From a virus (taxonomy: Duplodnaviria; Caudoviricetes), in the IMG/VR virus record IMGVR_UViG_3300026528_000001, positions 1 to 58,606 of that record: DNA of 58,606 nucleotides; one strand, 5' to 3'. The first letter of the stretch is position 1; every line of letters starts with the position of its first letter. Below, one piece after another: positions 8,602-17,505 of this stretch. The notes under the pieces are model-generated. The model was not told the origin of the DNA. It worked only from the letters and a program-made list of their open reading frames with translations, and made no database searches. The translations under genes and the position numbers were made by a program.

Positions 8602-9405
8602 CTAGCTCCACGTTTCCGGGTTTGTCTCTGGCAAAATCATGCTCGCCAGATACGGAAAGGTATTCATGGGCGCCGCGAGAATCTGGCCCGTCAACTCGGC
8701 ATTCTGCCTGCACGTCAGTACATGGAGGCGAAAGCCGTCATCCCCAGGAGTATCCGTAGTGACCCGTGATACTCTGACCGAGGCCTGGACGATGAACCCG
8801 GTATCCCCAAACCCGCTTCTCTCATACTCACCGGTCCGGCTCCCCTTGGTGCCTCCCTTGCCATCGGGCACATCCACCCACACCGCCTTCATCTTGTGAA
8901 CCAGGATCAGGTTGGCGTTCCCGTCATAGGCCATCCGTAGCATTTCCCTGAACTCGCTATTGACCGTGGTGTAGTGGTGGGGCATGACCTGGGCCAGCTT
9001 CCCGAAGCGCGCGAGCCGCAACAACTCCCACACCTCTGTGGCGGTGTCCATCACCACGGTCCTGAATGAGCGGAGCGCGGCTTTGTAGTCTGCCATCAGT
9101 GAGGTCCACACCTTGTCCGCCTCGTCAGCCACTTCTTTGGCGTTGCCTCGGGTCGTGCTGGGGAGCTGGTAACTGGAGACGTAGATCTTCTTGTCGCGGG
9201 CGAATTTATGGACGACTCCCTCCAATCCCAAGTCCATATTGATGATGCCGATGGGACCGGGAGCGGTCATGGCAAGGTGGGACTTGCCTTCCTTCTCACG
9301 GCCCTCCACCGAGAGTATGACTCTCGGCTTCACCTCAGTGTCGGCGAGGTCAAAGCCGGTTCCTTTCAAGAGTTGACTGTCTTTTGGGTCTCTTTGGGTA
9401 GCCAC
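8602..9405 (-). CDS. AAA/P-loop ATPase (Sak4-like recombination protein)
   Basis: Walker A GREKEGKS, Walker B TVVMDT; adjacent to the exonuclease and SSB-like genes. Confidence 0.78.
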   Translation of the reverse strand: MATQRDPKDSQLLKGTGFDLADTEVKPRVILSVEGREKEGKSHLAMTAPGPIGIINMDLGLEGVVHKFARDKKIYVSSYQLPSTTRGNAKEVADEADKVWTSLMADYKAALRSFRTVVMDTATEVWELLRLARFGKLAQVMPHHYTTVNSEFREMLRMAYDGNANLILVHKMKAVWVDVPDGKGGTKGSRTGEYERSGFGDTGFIVQASVRVSRVTTDTPGDDGFRLHVLTCRQNAELTGQILAAPMNTFPYLASMILPETNPETWS

Positions 9406-9977
9406 CCTCTGCTCCTTCCATGAGCCAAAATCATGCTCCAGTTGTCATGAAGTTCCCTCTGACTGAACTCAATCGCGTACCCCTGCGGCCGGGGCACAGT
9501 GGGTTTATAGTCCCCATTCACATACAGAATACGGAAGTTGGCTCGAGTCAGCTTCAAAGCGTGACAATACGCCTTGGCTTGCACGAACCAGTGCCAGTTC
9601 TCACTCTCCAGGTCCCGAGCAGCACTGCGCCAAGTACACTTCCACTCTTCCAACACCGGCGGATCCTGAGCGAAGTCCACGGCGTCAGGAGTCATAAGAA
9701 TCCCGTCGAGTTCAATTTCCCCGACACGCACGAGTCCCGGTGCGGCCCAGGACCTTTCCCGGTTCATCTCACGGGTGACAATGTCCTCCCATACAAACCC
9801 CAGTGTGCGGTAGAGCTTCAACTTCTCGTCTCCCATAGCCCTTGGGTTCCGGTCACGACCGATACTCTTTTCCATGTCCTTGATGACGTCTGTGAGGTGG
9901 ACTCCCGCGGTTCTCATGCGGTTGTCCGAGGAGAAGTAGGAGGAGTCGATTATCAGGTCGAAGGGGGTGAGTTTCAC
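9366..9977 (-). CDS. PD-(D/E)XK (Cas4/RecB-like) exonuclease
   Basis: HLTD, TPD, EEWKCT and QAKAY motifs. Confidence 0.82.
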   Translation of the reverse strand: MKLTPFDLIIDSSYFSSDNRMRTAGVHLTDVIKDMEKSIGRDRNPRAMGDEKLKLYRTLGFVWEDIVTREMNRERSWAAPGLVRVGEIELDGILMTPDAVDFAQDPPVLEEWKCTWRSAARDLESENWHWFVQAKAYCHALKLTRANFRILYVNGDYKPTVPRPQGYAIEFSQRELHDNWSMILAHGRSRGWLPKETQKTVNS

Positions 9978-10829
9978 CTAAGCCATCTCCACCTTCTGGG
10001 CTTTGGCATCGTACTTCCACGGATGTCCCTCGCCCCCGAGGAATGAATCTTGGTACACCATTCCGACAATGGTCTGCCGGTCCGGGTCGCTCGCCAATAC
10101 TTTGAACACCTCGGCAGTGAGCCGGTTCTTCAGGATTGATCCGCCCATCTGCGTGAGTATGCCCAACACCACAGTGCGGGCCTTCTCGACCTGAGCCTCG
10201 CCAGCTTGGTTCGTGGCACCGGCGGCCATGGCGGCGGCGTGGGCCTCGGTTGCTGTGGACGGTCCCTTGCTGGCCGGCATCTTTGAGACGCTCCCACCTG
10301 CGGCTTTGGCCTTCTTCGCCTCCCATGGGAAGCGGTAAATCTTACTCACCACGAGTATGGTGGCCTCCCGGGTCTTGTCTGCGGACTTGACCAGTCCTTT
10401 TCTCTCAGGCTGCGGTATTCGGTGAACGTGGCATTCCATGCCGTCGATCACGGAGATGTCACCCTCGAGGAGTTTGTCTTCGGGGAACCCGGCGTTGACC
10501 AGGGCGACGATGAAGAGTCCGACATTAGACGTAGTCTTCAGCCCGCCAACCCCGGTCACCTCGAGTGTCTTGCCATCCGCTGACGGCATGAGGTTTCTGG
10601 CGTCTCCGCAGGAGTAGTACTGGGTGTAAGTTTCAGTGAGGGGTGTGCCATCGCCCCCGGTCTCCATTGTTATTGCGAGCGCCGGGACGGCATTGTGGAT
10701 CTGGCCCGCGTAGTCCCACATGACAAACCTCGCCTCGTTAATTGTCACATCCACATCGTCTATGAGTCCGCCTGTGGTGAAGTCACTGGGCCTCAGGCTG
10801 GCGCGTTTTGGTTTTTCCATTTCCTTCAT
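9978..10829 (-). CDS. Putative ssDNA-binding / recombination accessory protein
   Basis: ATG at 10829 with GGAGGT RBS; beta-rich N-domain, Ala/Lys linker; position next to the exonuclease. Confidence 0.45.
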   Translation of the reverse strand: MKEMEKPKRASLRPSDFTTGGLIDDVDVTINEARFVMWDYAGQIHNAVPALAITMETGGDGTPLTETYTQYYSCGDARNLMPSADGKTLEVTGVGGLKTTSNVGLFIVALVNAGFPEDKLLEGDISVIDGMECHVHRIPQPERKGLVKSADKTREATILVVSKIYRFPWEAKKAKAAGGSVSKMPASKGPSTATEAHAAAMAAGATNQAGEAQVEKARTVVLGILTQMGGSILKNRLTAEVFKVLASDPDRQTIVGMVYQDSFLGGEGHPWKYDAKAQKVEMA

Positions 10830-10878
10830 TGATTTACCTCCTAAGTGTGGGTTGGCATCATGCCGTGTCTTGTGTCTG

Positions 10879-11211
10879 TCAGTCAACAGGAAAAACGTCC
10901 AACGCTTCCAGTCTCGCCTCGGCCAGACGCTCCCGCTCACGGAATTCAACCTCTTGACGTTGGGCTTCGGCCAAGTTGGCCAGGATGGTTTCGACAGGAA
11001 GCGCCGTAACACGGTTACGGTTTTCGTCTTCGGCTTTCAGTCGGGAAGCGTGCTCGTAGGCTTTCCCGGCCATGTATGCGTCAAGTTCCGAGCCTCTGAT
11101 TGCCGTGGAAGCGATTATCTCCCCACGGTAATAAAGACGCGTGAACCCGTGACTGTAGATGTAGCGGTAATCCTTGCCTTCTTTGGTCAGGAATAAGCTT
11201 GGTCTGGGCAT
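10879..11211 (-). CDS. Hypothetical protein
   Basis: GGAG RBS; directly downstream of a promoter. Confidence 0.7.
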   Translation of the reverse strand: MPRPSLFLTKEGKDYRYIYSHGFTRLYYRGEIIASTAIRGSELDAYMAGKAYEHASRLKAEDENRNRVTALPVETILANLAEAQRQEVEFRERERLAEARLEALDVFPVD

Positions 11212-11237
11212 TTTGTCTCTCCCTTAGGTATGCGAGA

Positions 11238-11268
11238 ATGATATGCCATGTGTGTGACTATGAGTCAA
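11238..11268 (-). promoter_or_regulatory. Sigma70-like promoter (TTGACT...TATCAT)
   Basis: Minus strand reads TTGACTCATAGTCACACACATGGCATATCAT; 19-nt spacer. Confidence 0.55.
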
Positions 11269-11297
11269 CAACAATCTTCACTTCCCCTCACTGTTTC

Positions 11298-12950
11298 TCA
11301 CGCCACAAGTGGCCCGCTCGGGGGAGCGGGAAGGGGAATGACCACTGACCGTCTGACCGCTTCCCGGAACCACCTTGGGGCCATCCCTTGATTCCTTCCG
11401 TAGAACCAGGTCCACATGTCATCCACGATATACGTCTCGCACCAGTCGGTCTGACTCCTGACCCCGCGGCCGGCTGCTTGGACCACGGACTGCATTGCCA
11501 GGTACAGGCCATACTCTGGGTCTGCCTCAGTCCTCGCACGCACCAGGGGATCCCTGCCATCGGGGAAGGGCACCTTGGCGATTATCTGGTATCTGCACTC
11601 GTCGTCTGGGAAATCCACCCCGGTCGTCACGCTCGGGGATACGAGTACGCTAGGCGCCTTGGCTCGCTTGAACTGGCTCACAGCGTATGCCACTCCTCCA
11701 GCCCGGTGGGTGAGCATCAGATCTTTGTACTGACTCCTCTCCAGTATCAAGCGCGCGCGATCATAGCTCACGGTGTGGATGATTCCCTTGCGATCCAATC
11801 TTCGGCCTATGATCTGATCCATGCGCATGACCCACAATAAGACGTCTGTCTCACTCGACCTGTGGTTGAGCCTCACCGTGGGAATGTGGGTAACCAGACG
11901 GTTCTGCACAGGGAAAGTGCTGGGGCAATCCTCGATCTCCACTTCTTCACTTTGGATTCCCAGGAGGCTCAGTGTCTTTGGCCTTACCGTGGCTGAGGTC
12001 AGCATTACCCTGGGTATCCCGAGAAACAAACTCCCTTCCGCATAGGGCGCCGGCCACAGAGGGGTGAGGGTGACTCCCTTCCCTCGCCTATCGATCACCC
12101 ATTCTCCTTTGGCTCGATTCAACTCCTCGAGCTTCCCTATGAGTTGCTTCAGCTCCCGCGCGCGCCGGCGGGTAGAACCACTCGACCCGACCGAGCCGGC
12201 TTCACCTCTCAGCCCTTTGTATGCCTGCGCGGCTGCCACGCTCCCACGGGCGGCCCAAGTCTTCCATTCTTTCAAGTCGTCCGTGTTGGGGAACCTGAGT
12301 CCCAGAAACCTCAACTCGTACTGGTCCAGGCTGATCTCCAGGGCCCCACTCAATTCATCAGGGACCAGCGAGGCTTCATCACATACCAGCAGGTCGAACT
12401 TTCCCAGGGCATCCGCATCCGCCCTATGGCTGGCTATCCAATAGGCGTAATTGGTCACCACCAGGCGGCTCCTATTCGCGTGTCTCACCGCGTCGAAGTA
12501 CTCACATCCTTGACCCTTGTAACGGCACTCATACCCATGGTGGCAGGGCCCGTCCCACGCCGATGGGTATGTGGCAGGAACCTCACCGGGGGAGGAGCTT
12601 CGAAGAGGCGAAGCCTCTGAGAAGCGAGGAGGGGACACACCATTCCCACCCGTGAGTATGGCGCAAGGGTAGTTAGTCTGACCTCGGATGTCACGTAGTC
12701 CTACTTCCTCAAAGTCATGGAGTAATTGATTTTCAAGCGCCTTGGTCGCGGTCAGTACCGCCACACGCCTACCTGTGGCGAGTGCGGCTACCATATAGAT
12801 GAGGCTTTTTCCCGACCCTGTACTTAAAGTTAGTGCCACGAAGCGTTTATCTGAGTCTACAGCTCTGAGAAAAGCTTCGCCCTGTCCCTGTCTCCAGGTG
12901 TCATACCTCTGTGGGGCGCCGAGTGAGTTAGGCGGCGGCAGTATGGTCAT
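11298..12950 (-). CDS. DinG/XPD-family SF2 helicase
   Basis: Q motif RQGQ, STGSGKS, Cys cluster, VCDEA, TSAT, GVDFP, KVPFP and QAAGRGVRSQTD. Confidence 0.93.
   Translation of the reverse strand: MTILPPPNSLGAPQRYDTWRQGQGEAFLRAVDSDKRFVALTLSTGSGKSLIYMVAALATGRRVAVLTATKALENQLLHDFEEVGLRDIRGQTNYPCAILTGGNGVSPPRFSEASPLRSSSPGEVPATYPSAWDGPCHHGYECRYKGQGCEYFDAVRHANRSRLVVTNYAYWIASHRADADALGKFDLLVCDEASLVPDELSGALEISLDQYELRFLGLRFPNTDDLKEWKTWAARGSVAAAQAYKGLRGEAGSVGSSGSTRRRARELKQLIGKLEELNRAKGEWVIDRRGKGVTLTPLWPAPYAEGSLFLGIPRVMLTSATVRPKTLSLLGIQSEEVEIEDCPSTFPVQNRLVTHIPTVRLNHRSSETDVLLWVMRMDQIIGRRLDRKGIIHTVSYDRARLILERSQYKDLMLTHRAGGVAYAVSQFKRAKAPSVLVSPSVTTGVDFPDDECRYQIIAKVPFPDGRDPLVRARTEADPEYGLYLAMQSVVQAAGRGVRSQTDWCETYIVDDMWTWFYGRNQGMAPRWFREAVRRSVVIPLPAPPSGPLVA
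12581..12636. repeat. Palindromic element copy B, inside the helicase CDS
   Basis: CCTCACCGGGGGAGGA-GCTTC..AGAGGCGAAGCCTCT..GAAGC-GAGGAGGGGAC. Confidence 0.85.
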
Positions 12951-13233
12951 GGTCGGGGTAAATCATCCGGTAGAGGTCAGGGTCAATCTGCCTACGGTAT
13001 TTGCGGAGCATCCATTTGGCTGAGATCAACTGACTTCTGTTCAAGCCACCGTCTTGCGCTTTCGCGGCAAGTGAATGCCCAAGGCCGGTATCGGCCTTGG
13101 AAAACCCGACGCCGTTTTTGACCTTAGCATAGTCAGTATCCAGACAAGTCAGGATTCCGAGTATCGTGCACACTGCCGTGACGTGATCCCATGACCAGCA
13201 TTCATCCCCGATCGGAAGCAATCCGGCTCTCAT
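12928..13233 (-). CDS. Small helicase-associated-type domain protein
   Basis: NGVGFSKAD.G.GHSLA...KYRRQI, a pattern I associate with phage helicase loci. Confidence 0.55.
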   Translation of the reverse strand: MRAGLLPIGDECWSWDHVTAVCTILGILTCLDTDYAKVKNGVGFSKADTGLGHSLAAKAQDGGLNRSQLISAKWMLRKYRRQIDPDLYRMIYPDHDHTAAA

Positions 13234-13487
13234 TCCATCTCTCCTTCCCGGATTATGGCTTCCAGCATTCGGTTGTCTACCCTACCCAATACTCTGTCTA
13301 TTTCCTTGTTTGACAGGGTGATTCCCTGGACGGCCCGATGCTGCCGCCAAGCATTGAGATAAGCATCCAGCATCTGCTTCATGACCTGTGTTACCGTCAT
13401 ATTTCTTTCCTTGGCGTTTTCTCTCAGCAGCATCCTGTAAGCCGGGTCAAGTCTAAATGTTACAGTCTCTTTCGGCGTTTTTCCCAT
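13230..13487 (-). CDS. Ribbon-helix-helix (CopG/Arc-like) DNA-binding protein
   Basis: TVTFRLD...L...AKERNMTVTQVMKQML. Confidence 0.75.
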   Translation of the reverse strand: MGKTPKETVTFRLDPAYRMLLRENAKERNMTVTQVMKQMLDAYLNAWRQHRAVQGITLSNKEIDRVLGRVDNRMLEAIIREGEME

Positions 13488-13731
13488 GGTTTCCCTCTCG
13501 GAATGTAAATCACATCTGCTGCCGATAAAATGTGTTTGTCAAGCAAAAAATCGTATCTTTACGTGGCATTACGTGCTCTTTTACGATGTCGATTTTACAA
13601 TCAAATATCTTCAAGTCAGCTAGTTACAAGAATTAGTATTACAAGTAGGCGGTGGGGCGGCAAAATGGGTAAAAAAAGGTGAAAGTGTGTCATGTCCGGT
13701 CTTCATACTACTAATACTTAATACTTACTAC

Positions 13732-14343
13732 TTACTCAGGGCACTTTTTTGTCCAGTATTCGAGGAACTCGCTGAGCTTGGCAAGGTGGGCTTTTTTGCG
13801 CCGGCCTTCAGGGAAACTGTTTTTGGCGGCGGCGATTGTGTCGCGCAGGAAGTCGCGGGCTTCCTCTGGACCGTACTTTGCGGCGGCATCGCTCGCGGCA
13901 CGCTCGGCGTCGGCCAGGTTTTCGGCCAGTCCGTTTTCCTCCATCTGGCGTCGGATGATTTCGCGCTCGGCGATTACACCCCCCAGAATCGTCTTGATCT
14001 TCGGTGACCCGTTGCGGTGGAATATGGTCAAAAACAGCAGCGCCAGTGCTGACCGGACCACATCGGCACGGTTATCCCAGTTTGGATAAACCATGGCCTT
14101 GATCAGTTGGTCCATCGCCCGACCCACCTTCGCCGTAACGTGTGCGTGCAGGTCAACCGACGGTCCTCCTGCCTTCTGATCCTGGCCAGGGAAAAACACA
14201 TCTTCCTCAAAGCTGATCCGCTCGTCTGGTTTGGGCAGGCTTTTGTACAGATCCTTCATCCCTTCCTCAAGCATTGGCTCGAAATCCTTCCTTGGCTTGG
14301 CGAAATCGACGGGTCTGAGACTGGCTTTCTTTGTGTCGCTCAC
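13732..14343 (-). CDS. Putative regulator with an internal RHH-like domain
   Basis: GTG at 14343 with AGGAGG RBS; LHAHV...MDQLI...WDNRADVVRSAL. Confidence 0.6.
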   Translation of the reverse strand: MSDTKKASLRPVDFAKPRKDFEPMLEEGMKDLYKSLPKPDERISFEEDVFFPGQDQKAGGPSVDLHAHVTAKVGRAMDQLIKAMVYPNWDNRADVVRSALALLFLTIFHRNGSPKIKTILGGVIAEREIIRRQMEENGLAENLADAERAASDAAAKYGPEEARDFLRDTIAAAKNSFPEGRRKKAHLAKLSEFLEYWTKKCPE

Positions 14344-14488
14344 AGGCTTTCTCCTCCTCGCACAGGGGCGGGTACGGGCGTTTAACAAACAGGCCGGGCG
14401 GTGAGCCACGCCCGTGGACTCACCGCCTTCGACCTGTTCGAGGAAGGCACAAGGCTGGGGGCCTCGCGCGTAACGTGAACGACTGGGT

Positions 14489-14554
14489 ATATTATCCACC
14501 ACCAGGACTGAATCAACAAAAATCTTGACTCAAAGACACCACACTAAGTATCAT
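14489..14554. promoter_or_regulatory. Back-to-back divergent promoters at the strand switch
   Basis: Plus strand TTGACT(14525)-N18-TATCAT; minus strand TTGATT(14516)-N16-TAATAT. Confidence 0.6.
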
Positions 14555-14564
14555 TTTCCCCGTC

Positions 14565-14849
14565 ATGGTGACCCCGTCTACTATACCCAGGACCAAGCTC
14601 AGAACTCACGACGCCGTGGCTTCCCGAAACTCCCTAGCCACCATCGCCAAACGCACCGGCATCTGCCGCTCCCATCTCTTCCGCATCTTCGACGGCTCCC
14701 GTGTCCCCAGTCTCCCCGTCGCATGGAAATTGGCAAACGCCTTGCGCATCTCTTTGGACGAACTCTATAACCGCCTCCAGAAGGTCAAGGCGCGACGATT
14801 AGCCAAACACCCATCTCAGTCCACCTCAGAGGAGATCTCCGCGCCTTGA
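14565..14849 (+). CDS. XRE/Cro-like HTH regulator
   Basis: SLATIAKRTGICRSHLFRIFDGSRVPSLPVAWKLANALRISLDEL. Confidence 0.88.
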   Translation: MVTPSTIPRTKLRTHDAVASRNSLATIAKRTGICRSHLFRIFDGSRVPSLPVAWKLANALRISLDELYNRLQKVKARRLAKHPSQSTSEEISAP

Positions 14850-14937
14850 GCCGTATACGCAAAACAATAGGCATTCCTCAAGACAGAATGTCCGCCAAAT
14901 TAACTTCGGTTTGCACCTGTTCCCGCGCTGGTTACTG

Positions 14938-15219
14938 ATGGCTCGACCTACGGTTGACATAGACGATCCCAAGACACTCGTGGTTACTCCTGAGCAGGCA
15001 GCACTTTACCTGAAAATGTCACCCTGGACTTTGCGCCATTACAGGCGTGAAGGCCGCGGCCCCCGCTTCGCCCGCATTGGACGCTACGTCATGTATCCGA
15101 TGAAAGAGCTCGAACGCTGGGTCGAGTCGATGACTGTCGAGCCGGCTTTCTACCACGCGGAGCAGGTGGCCAGAAAACCGAAGTTCCCAGGAAAGCGCAA
15201 GCGCCAGCCCGCAGCCTGA
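14938..15219 (+). CDS. Excisionase/AlpA-like winged-HTH protein
   Basis: TPEQAALYL.MSPWTLRHYRREGRGPRF.RIGR.V.Y...ELERW. Confidence 0.85.
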   Translation: MARPTVDIDDPKTLVVTPEQAALYLKMSPWTLRHYRREGRGPRFARIGRYVMYPMKELERWVESMTVEPAFYHAEQVARKPKFPGKRKRQPAA

Positions 15220-15440
15220 CAAATTCCCTCAAAGGAAATTGCATCCGTTTTCGCATCCGATAAGGGCCATTATGTCAACTAGCCCCTTATTGGCCCAAGC
15301 GGCGAAGCGCATAGGAAGTTGCATATTCCTTGGCCCTGTTAGCCCATTAGGCTACTCATTGTCCGAGGGGTGGGCGGGCCCGGGGCTTGGCGTGCCCCCG
15401 GTTTCGGGCGGTAATGTCAAAAAAAATCTTCAGAATGTCA

Positions 15441-15470
15441 TTGACAGGGAGTCAACCACTCGAGTATATG
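15441..15470 (+). promoter_or_regulatory. Sigma70-like promoter overlapping a TTGAC-N5-GTCAA palindrome
   Basis: TTGACAGGGAGTCAACCACTCGAGTATATG. Confidence 0.55.
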
Positions 15471-15509
15471 TTTTGGGGCGAAGTTCGGCAAGACGAAAGC
15501 GGGGCGGTA

Positions 15510-15761
15510 ATGAGACAAGCCTTTAGAATTCGAGACGCCAACACCGTCCTCAACCGCTACGAGATCGGCTGGACCAAAGACGACAACGCCAATGTGGAAA
15601 CTTTCGCGAGCCGGAAAGCGGACGCTCTTGACTGGGCGGCAGGGGAATCGGTTAGCCGCCATGGATACACATACTACGTCTTCGACCGGATGGCTAGGCG
15701 CGGGTGTGCGTGCCGATGGGATTTCAGATCAGGGGCGCTCGTCGAGGTAACCAACCGATGA
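15510..15761 (+). CDS. Hypothetical protein
   Basis: ATG at 15510 downstream of the promoter. Confidence 0.6.
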   Translation: MRQAFRIRDANTVLNRYEIGWTKDDNANVETFASRKADALDWAAGESVSRHGYTYYVFDRMARRGCACRWDFRSGALVEVTNR

Positions 15762-15879
15762 CCTGGAAGAAACTCACCCCCACCGAGCACGAGGAGCAGG
15801 TTTGCTTGTTCGACTGGTGCTCTGCGATGGAAAAAGAGGGGTTGGTGAGTCGAATCCCATTTAGATCCTGGCAAGGGAG

Positions 15880-16182
15880 GTGAAGATGGATCTGACACGG
15901 GAGGAGATGGAGACTGTGATTCGGTGTTCTGCAGCGGACAAGGTATGGGATGTGGTGACAGCGGATCCGAGGGTGAAGACGCGGTTGAGGCGGGCGGGAT
16001 ATGAGGGTGTGCCGGATCACCAACTGTCGGCGCCCTACGAGAAGTTTGAGGTGCCGTTCAAGCTGGTGAGGTTCGGGAGCATGAAGGCAGCGGAGGCGCG
16101 GCGGGAGAGGGCGCTTAAAAACCCGATTAAGCCGAAAAGCGAACGTGCAGACGCGGGCAAAATGGGAGAGAATGCGTCATGA
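15880..16182 (+). CDS. Hypothetical protein
   Basis: GGAGGT RBS; 100-aa ORF. Confidence 0.7.
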   Translation: MKMDLTREEMETVIRCSAADKVWDVVTADPRVKTRLRRAGYEGVPDHQLSAPYEKFEVPFKLVRFGSMKAAEARRERALKNPIKPKSERADAGKMGENAS

Positions 16183-16247
16183 GTGGTATGGCAAGGGGGT
16201 AAGTCATTGTTACGGTAATTCAGCCGGGAATTTGGGAGGTTTTGGAA

Positions 16248-16463
16248 ATGGCGAAACTGACGTACAAGCGGAGGCAGAGTCTTCCGAAGAAGGAGTTTGC
16301 GATACCGAGCAAGGCCCCGAAAAGCGGGAGTTATCCCATTGACACTGCCAATAGAGCCAGGAATGCGCTAGCCCGTGTGAGTCAATACGGGACCGCGAGT
16401 GAGAAGCGGATGGTAAGGGCGAAGGTGGCTGGTAGGTATCCGGGGATAGGCAGGGGGAAATGA
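16248..16463 (+). CDS. Small basic phage protein (YPI.T...ARNALAR motif)
   Basis: K/R-rich; GGAGG RBS. Confidence 0.75.
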   Translation: MAKLTYKRRQSLPKKEFAIPSKAPKSGSYPIDTANRARNALARVSQYGTASEKRMVRAKVAGRYPGIGRGK

Positions 16464-17281
16464 AGGCGAACAAACACGGCCCAGGATGTCTCACCGATGA
16501 CACGCATCCCTTCGCGGACCTGGTGGACACCCATACTCTGAGCCGCAGACGCAACGGGCCAGTGCGGCCACGGAAAGAGCCGCTGGAAGAGACGCAGGAG
16601 GATGAAACGTTACCAGGGCAGGCGGATGCGGAACCCGTCAGTTCTGCTCTGGACAGGGAGACGGAGACCGTTGCGATCACCGGGGACTCGTCTCCGTCTC
16701 CCATACTTTCCCCCTTCCCTGTGAGTGGTGACCTTGCCACCAAACATGACGTCAAATTGCGTGTCATGCGCCGTCTGGGGCGTGACCGGCTTCTCGAGTG
16801 CCTCCGGTATTGCGACGACCGGCGCCTGCTCAAGTTCGCGCATGCCTTGGCGGACCCGGCCAATGACGAGAGGGAACTCGACCAGGTTTACCGTGAGTGC
16901 GGCCTCTCCGTGGTCGATCTGCTTGGGGCATTCCGTAGGTTCCAACTGGATCTGGCCATGCTGGATCTCTTCGAATGGCTCCCCGCGGTGAGCAGGGACG
17001 CGGCTCGGGTCGCGCTGTCTCGGCGGGGGAACTGCCGAAGGTGCGATGGCCTCAAGAAAGTCCAGGACGAGAAGGACGGGCCTTACCGCATGTGCCCCGA
17101 GTGCCGTGGCAAGGGGTATGTGAGAGTGCCGGGGGACGCCGCCGCCCGCGCCGCCGTACTGGATGCCGCCGGGGTGACAGGGAAGAAGCAGGTGATCAGG
17201 GTGCCTGTTTTTGGGGATGAGGCGTTCGAAACGGATATATCCCGAGTGGTAGTAGTACCCGCGCGGGAGGTCAAGGAATGA
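16460..17281 (+). CDS. Protein with DnaJ-type zinc finger; candidate terminase small subunit
   Basis: CRRCDG...CPECRGKG; upstream of terL; the TerS call is positional only. Confidence 0.4.
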   Translation: MKANKHGPGCLTDDTHPFADLVDTHTLSRRRNGPVRPRKEPLEETQEDETLPGQADAEPVSSALDRETETVAITGDSSPSPILSPFPVSGDLATKHDVKLRVMRRLGRDRLLECLRYCDDRRLLKFAHALADPANDERELDQVYRECGLSVVDLLGAFRRFQLDLAMLDLFEWLPAVSRDAARVALSRRGNCRRCDGLKKVQDEKDGPYRMCPECRGKGYVRVPGDAAARAAVLDAAGVTGKKQVIRVPVFGDEAFETDISRVVVVPAREVKE

Positions 17282-17505
17282 ACGTCAACTTGGTTCGCCT
17301 CCGCATGGTAGAGAAACAGCTCCGGCGTATCGCTGACCTCCTTGAGATAGTGGTGGAGGAGTCCTACGGCCGGCGCCTCACTCCTTCCTCTCCTCCCACG
17401 GGCCCGGAACCGGAAGTCCTCTACACCGATGAGGAGGCCGACGCGGTGAGGGAGATGGAGGAAGCCATGAAGAAATACAAGGGTCCAGTGGAGGAGGAAG
17501 AATGA
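17278..17505 (+). CDS. Small acidic hypothetical protein
   Basis: ATGA-coupled ORF. Confidence 0.65.
   Translation: MNVNLVRLRMVEKQLRRIADLLEIVVEESYGRRLTPSSPPTGPEPEVLYTDEEADAVREMEEAMKKYKGPVEEEE

Noticed and set aside
9366-12950. Cas4-like nuclease plus DinG as a type IV CRISPR system
   Set aside because: No Cas7/Cas5/Cas6-like genes or array; the context is a phage recombination module
1265-14443. Shared 11-mer CCTGTTCGAGG in two structured leaders
   Set aside because: A single 11-nt match is expected by chance at this genome size
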